DNA from: Macrostomum lignano
Taxonomy: Eukaryota
Length of the DNA stretch: 64,000 nt
Reading direction: 5' to 3'
NCBI GenBank assembly: GCA_002269645.1
Contig: NIVC01000525.1
Coordinates: 248,001-312,000, forward strand
Shown piece after piece: positions 62,131-64,000 of the stretch (within the stretch, counting starts at the first letter, position 1; each line of letters opens with the position of its first letter). The translations under genes were made by a program, and so were the position numbers. The notes under the pieces were generated by a model. That model was not told where the DNA came from. It made no database searches and saw nothing but the letters and a program-made list of their open reading frames with translations.

Positions 62131-63033
62131 CTCGCCGTCAGCAGCAGCAGGGCGCCGAACCCGTCTCGGTGCTGCGCGGGCCCCGCAAGCCGGGCGTCGG
62201 GCGCCGCGACGGCCCAATCAGCCACATCCTGGAGGACCTTGTGCACTTTAATAACAACCTGACACCGACTGCCAAGGACCCGGCTCTCTGGTGGTGCCGC
62301 CCGCCGCCGCCGCCGGCTCCTGCGTCACCTTCGGTGAGCTCAGCCAGCGGGCCAACTTTTTGGCGCGCTGCCTGTTGCGCACCCTGCGCTCGCACGGCAT
62401 CGACGTTTGCGGCGGCGGCGGCGGCGGCGGCGCGGCCCTCTGCGTCGTCATGCCATGCGGGCCGGACCGCCTGGCGCTGGAGCTGGCGGCGCTGAAGCTT
62501 GGCCTGCCGCTACTGGGCCTGGAGCAGCCGGAGGACGGCGACTTTGCCCGAATGCTGGTCGGCCTGCAGGCAGCGTTGAAGGTGGCGAAGCCGGTGGCCC
62601 TGGTGGCAGCGGCCGGTGCAGCGGCTCGCCTGCCCGAGCTTCGCAGCCTGGCGCCCGCGCTGGCCCTGGCGCTCCAGTTCGAGGATCTGGCCGAGGCCGG
62701 CGAAGCTCTGGGCCTGTCCGACCGCGACCTGCAGGACGAGGAGCGGCCGGTGGTGGTGGCCGACGCGGACTCGGCCTGCTGCGCGGTGGCCATTGTGGTT
62801 GAATCCATGGGCGGCCGGTTGGTCAGCCTGACCCAGGGCCAGCTGCTGGCTGCGGCCAACTGGCTGCGGGACACCCTGCCCTGGCAGTGCCACGAGGTGC
62901 TGTGGATTGGCGACTCCTGCGACAGCGCCTACTGGCGGGTGCACGCACTCAGCGCCCTGCTGAACGGCATCCCGCTGCTGATGTGCCCAGGCTGCGGCCG
63001 CTGGGACGCCTGGCTGAAACTGGTCAGGGCTCA
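62131..63033 (+). CDS. Ebony/NRPS-type adenylation (AMP-binding) domain, exon 2, with an apparent frameshift near 62287
   Basis: SVLRGP..ISHILED..KDPAL / VTFGELSQRAN.LAR.L..ALKLGLPLLGLE follows the ebony N-terminal layout; CA|GTGAGT donor. Confidence 0.78.
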
Positions 63034-63169
63034 GTGAGTCTTTGGCAAGGCCTGCGGGCTGGTGTGGTTGACTGTTGATGGAGAATTACAGTTAGCTAAT
63101 GGGGGAATTACAGTTGGCTAATGTGGAATTATAAAAGCCCATGAGAAACTACAGATAGTTTAAAACAAT

Positions 63170-63560
63170 ATTTTACAGTTATTGAATGACAGTTGATGGG
63201 AATGAATGAAAGTTGATGGGGAATGAATGACAGTTGATGGGGAATAAATGACAGTTGATGGGGAATTAATGACAGTTGATGGGGAATTAATTAAAGTTGA
63301 TGGGGAATTAATGACAGTTGATGGGGAATTAATTAAAGTTGATGGGGAATGAATGACAGTTGATGGGGAATGAATGACAGTTGATGGGGAATGAATGACA
63401 GTTGATGGGGAATGAATGAAAGTTGATGGGGAATGAATGACAGTTGATGGGGAATAAATGACAGTTGATGGGGAATTAATGACAGTTGATGGGGAATTAA
63501 TTAAAGTTGATGGGGAATTAATGACAGTTAATGGGGAATGAATGACAGTTGATGGGGAAC
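63170..63560. repeat. ~21-bp minisatellite (GACAGTTGATGGGGAATGAAT), intronic
   Basis: Direct. Confidence 0.92.
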
Positions 63561-63648
63561 GTCAGACCATTGACGTCATTGACTGTTACCTAAGAGTGAC
63601 ATCGCCGTTCATTCTGCCATCATCTGTTTGCCCGCCATCGAAATGCAG

Positions 63649-64000
63649 CTACGCCACCAGGCTGGTGGCCAGCCCCAGCTTCCTGACGGATCTGCTCAGC
63701 CACACGGCCAACCGGCCGGCTGCCCGCGCCCAGCTGGCCTCGCTAGAGACCGTCCTGGTCATCGGCGAGCCGCTGTCGCCGCGCACGGCAGATGAATTCT
63801 ACAGGCAGCTGGGCGCCGGCCGCACCCTCGGCTGCCTGTACGCCAGCGTGGAGGCCTGCGGAGCCGCCGCCTACGGCATCTACCGCTGCCCGGCCGACGT
63901 GGCCGAGGTCCGACAGCTGTCCGACAGTCTGCTGGCTCTGTCCGAGGCCGCTCCAAATGTCCGGCTGGCCGTCACCGACCAGCGCGGCAGGCCGCTGCCG
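63649..64000 (+). CDS. Ebony/NRPS-type A domain, exon 3 (YATRLVASPSFLTDLL...GEPL...LYASVE); runs off the window
   Basis: atgcag acceptor, phase consistent; RLV..P..L..LL, L..L....GEPL and A5-like LYASVE. Confidence 0.8.

Overview
Eukaryotic (animal) genomic DNA with GC-rich exons and introns packed with tandem repeats. The style is reminiscent of the free-living flatworm Macrostomum, but this is inference only. Nine protein-coding genes were reconstructed by hand from GT-AG junctions: PCYT2 (minus, 10828 to <1, interrupted by an N gap, with apparent indels), RPL18 (+), an intronless secreted PAN/LamG-like protein (-), TMEM196-like (-), a small single-LIM protein (-), TCP11-like (-), a CIN85/CD2AP-like 2xSH3 adaptor (-), an ERR-like nuclear receptor (+) and the 5' part of an ebony/NRPS-like adenylation-domain gene (+). 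Mobile DNA includes two tRNA-derived SINE families (one with 13-15 bp TSDs), a 1.7-kb Mutator/foldback element with a perfect 9-bp TSD, and hAT-like non-autonomous elements. The most unusual observations are: (1) two isolated ~66-bp copies of the 28S rDNA R2/I-PpoI target region that bracket the first coding exon of the SH3 gene, each with the 15-bp endonuclease core altered; (2) a minisatellite made of the PCYT2 exon end plus its splice donor, amplified ~22 times; (3) an ebony/NRPS-like A domain lacking the canonical ATP-binding loop; (4) sharply bounded CpG-depleted domains that appear to be long 5' introns. Most long ORFs in the supplied track are translations of tandem repeats.
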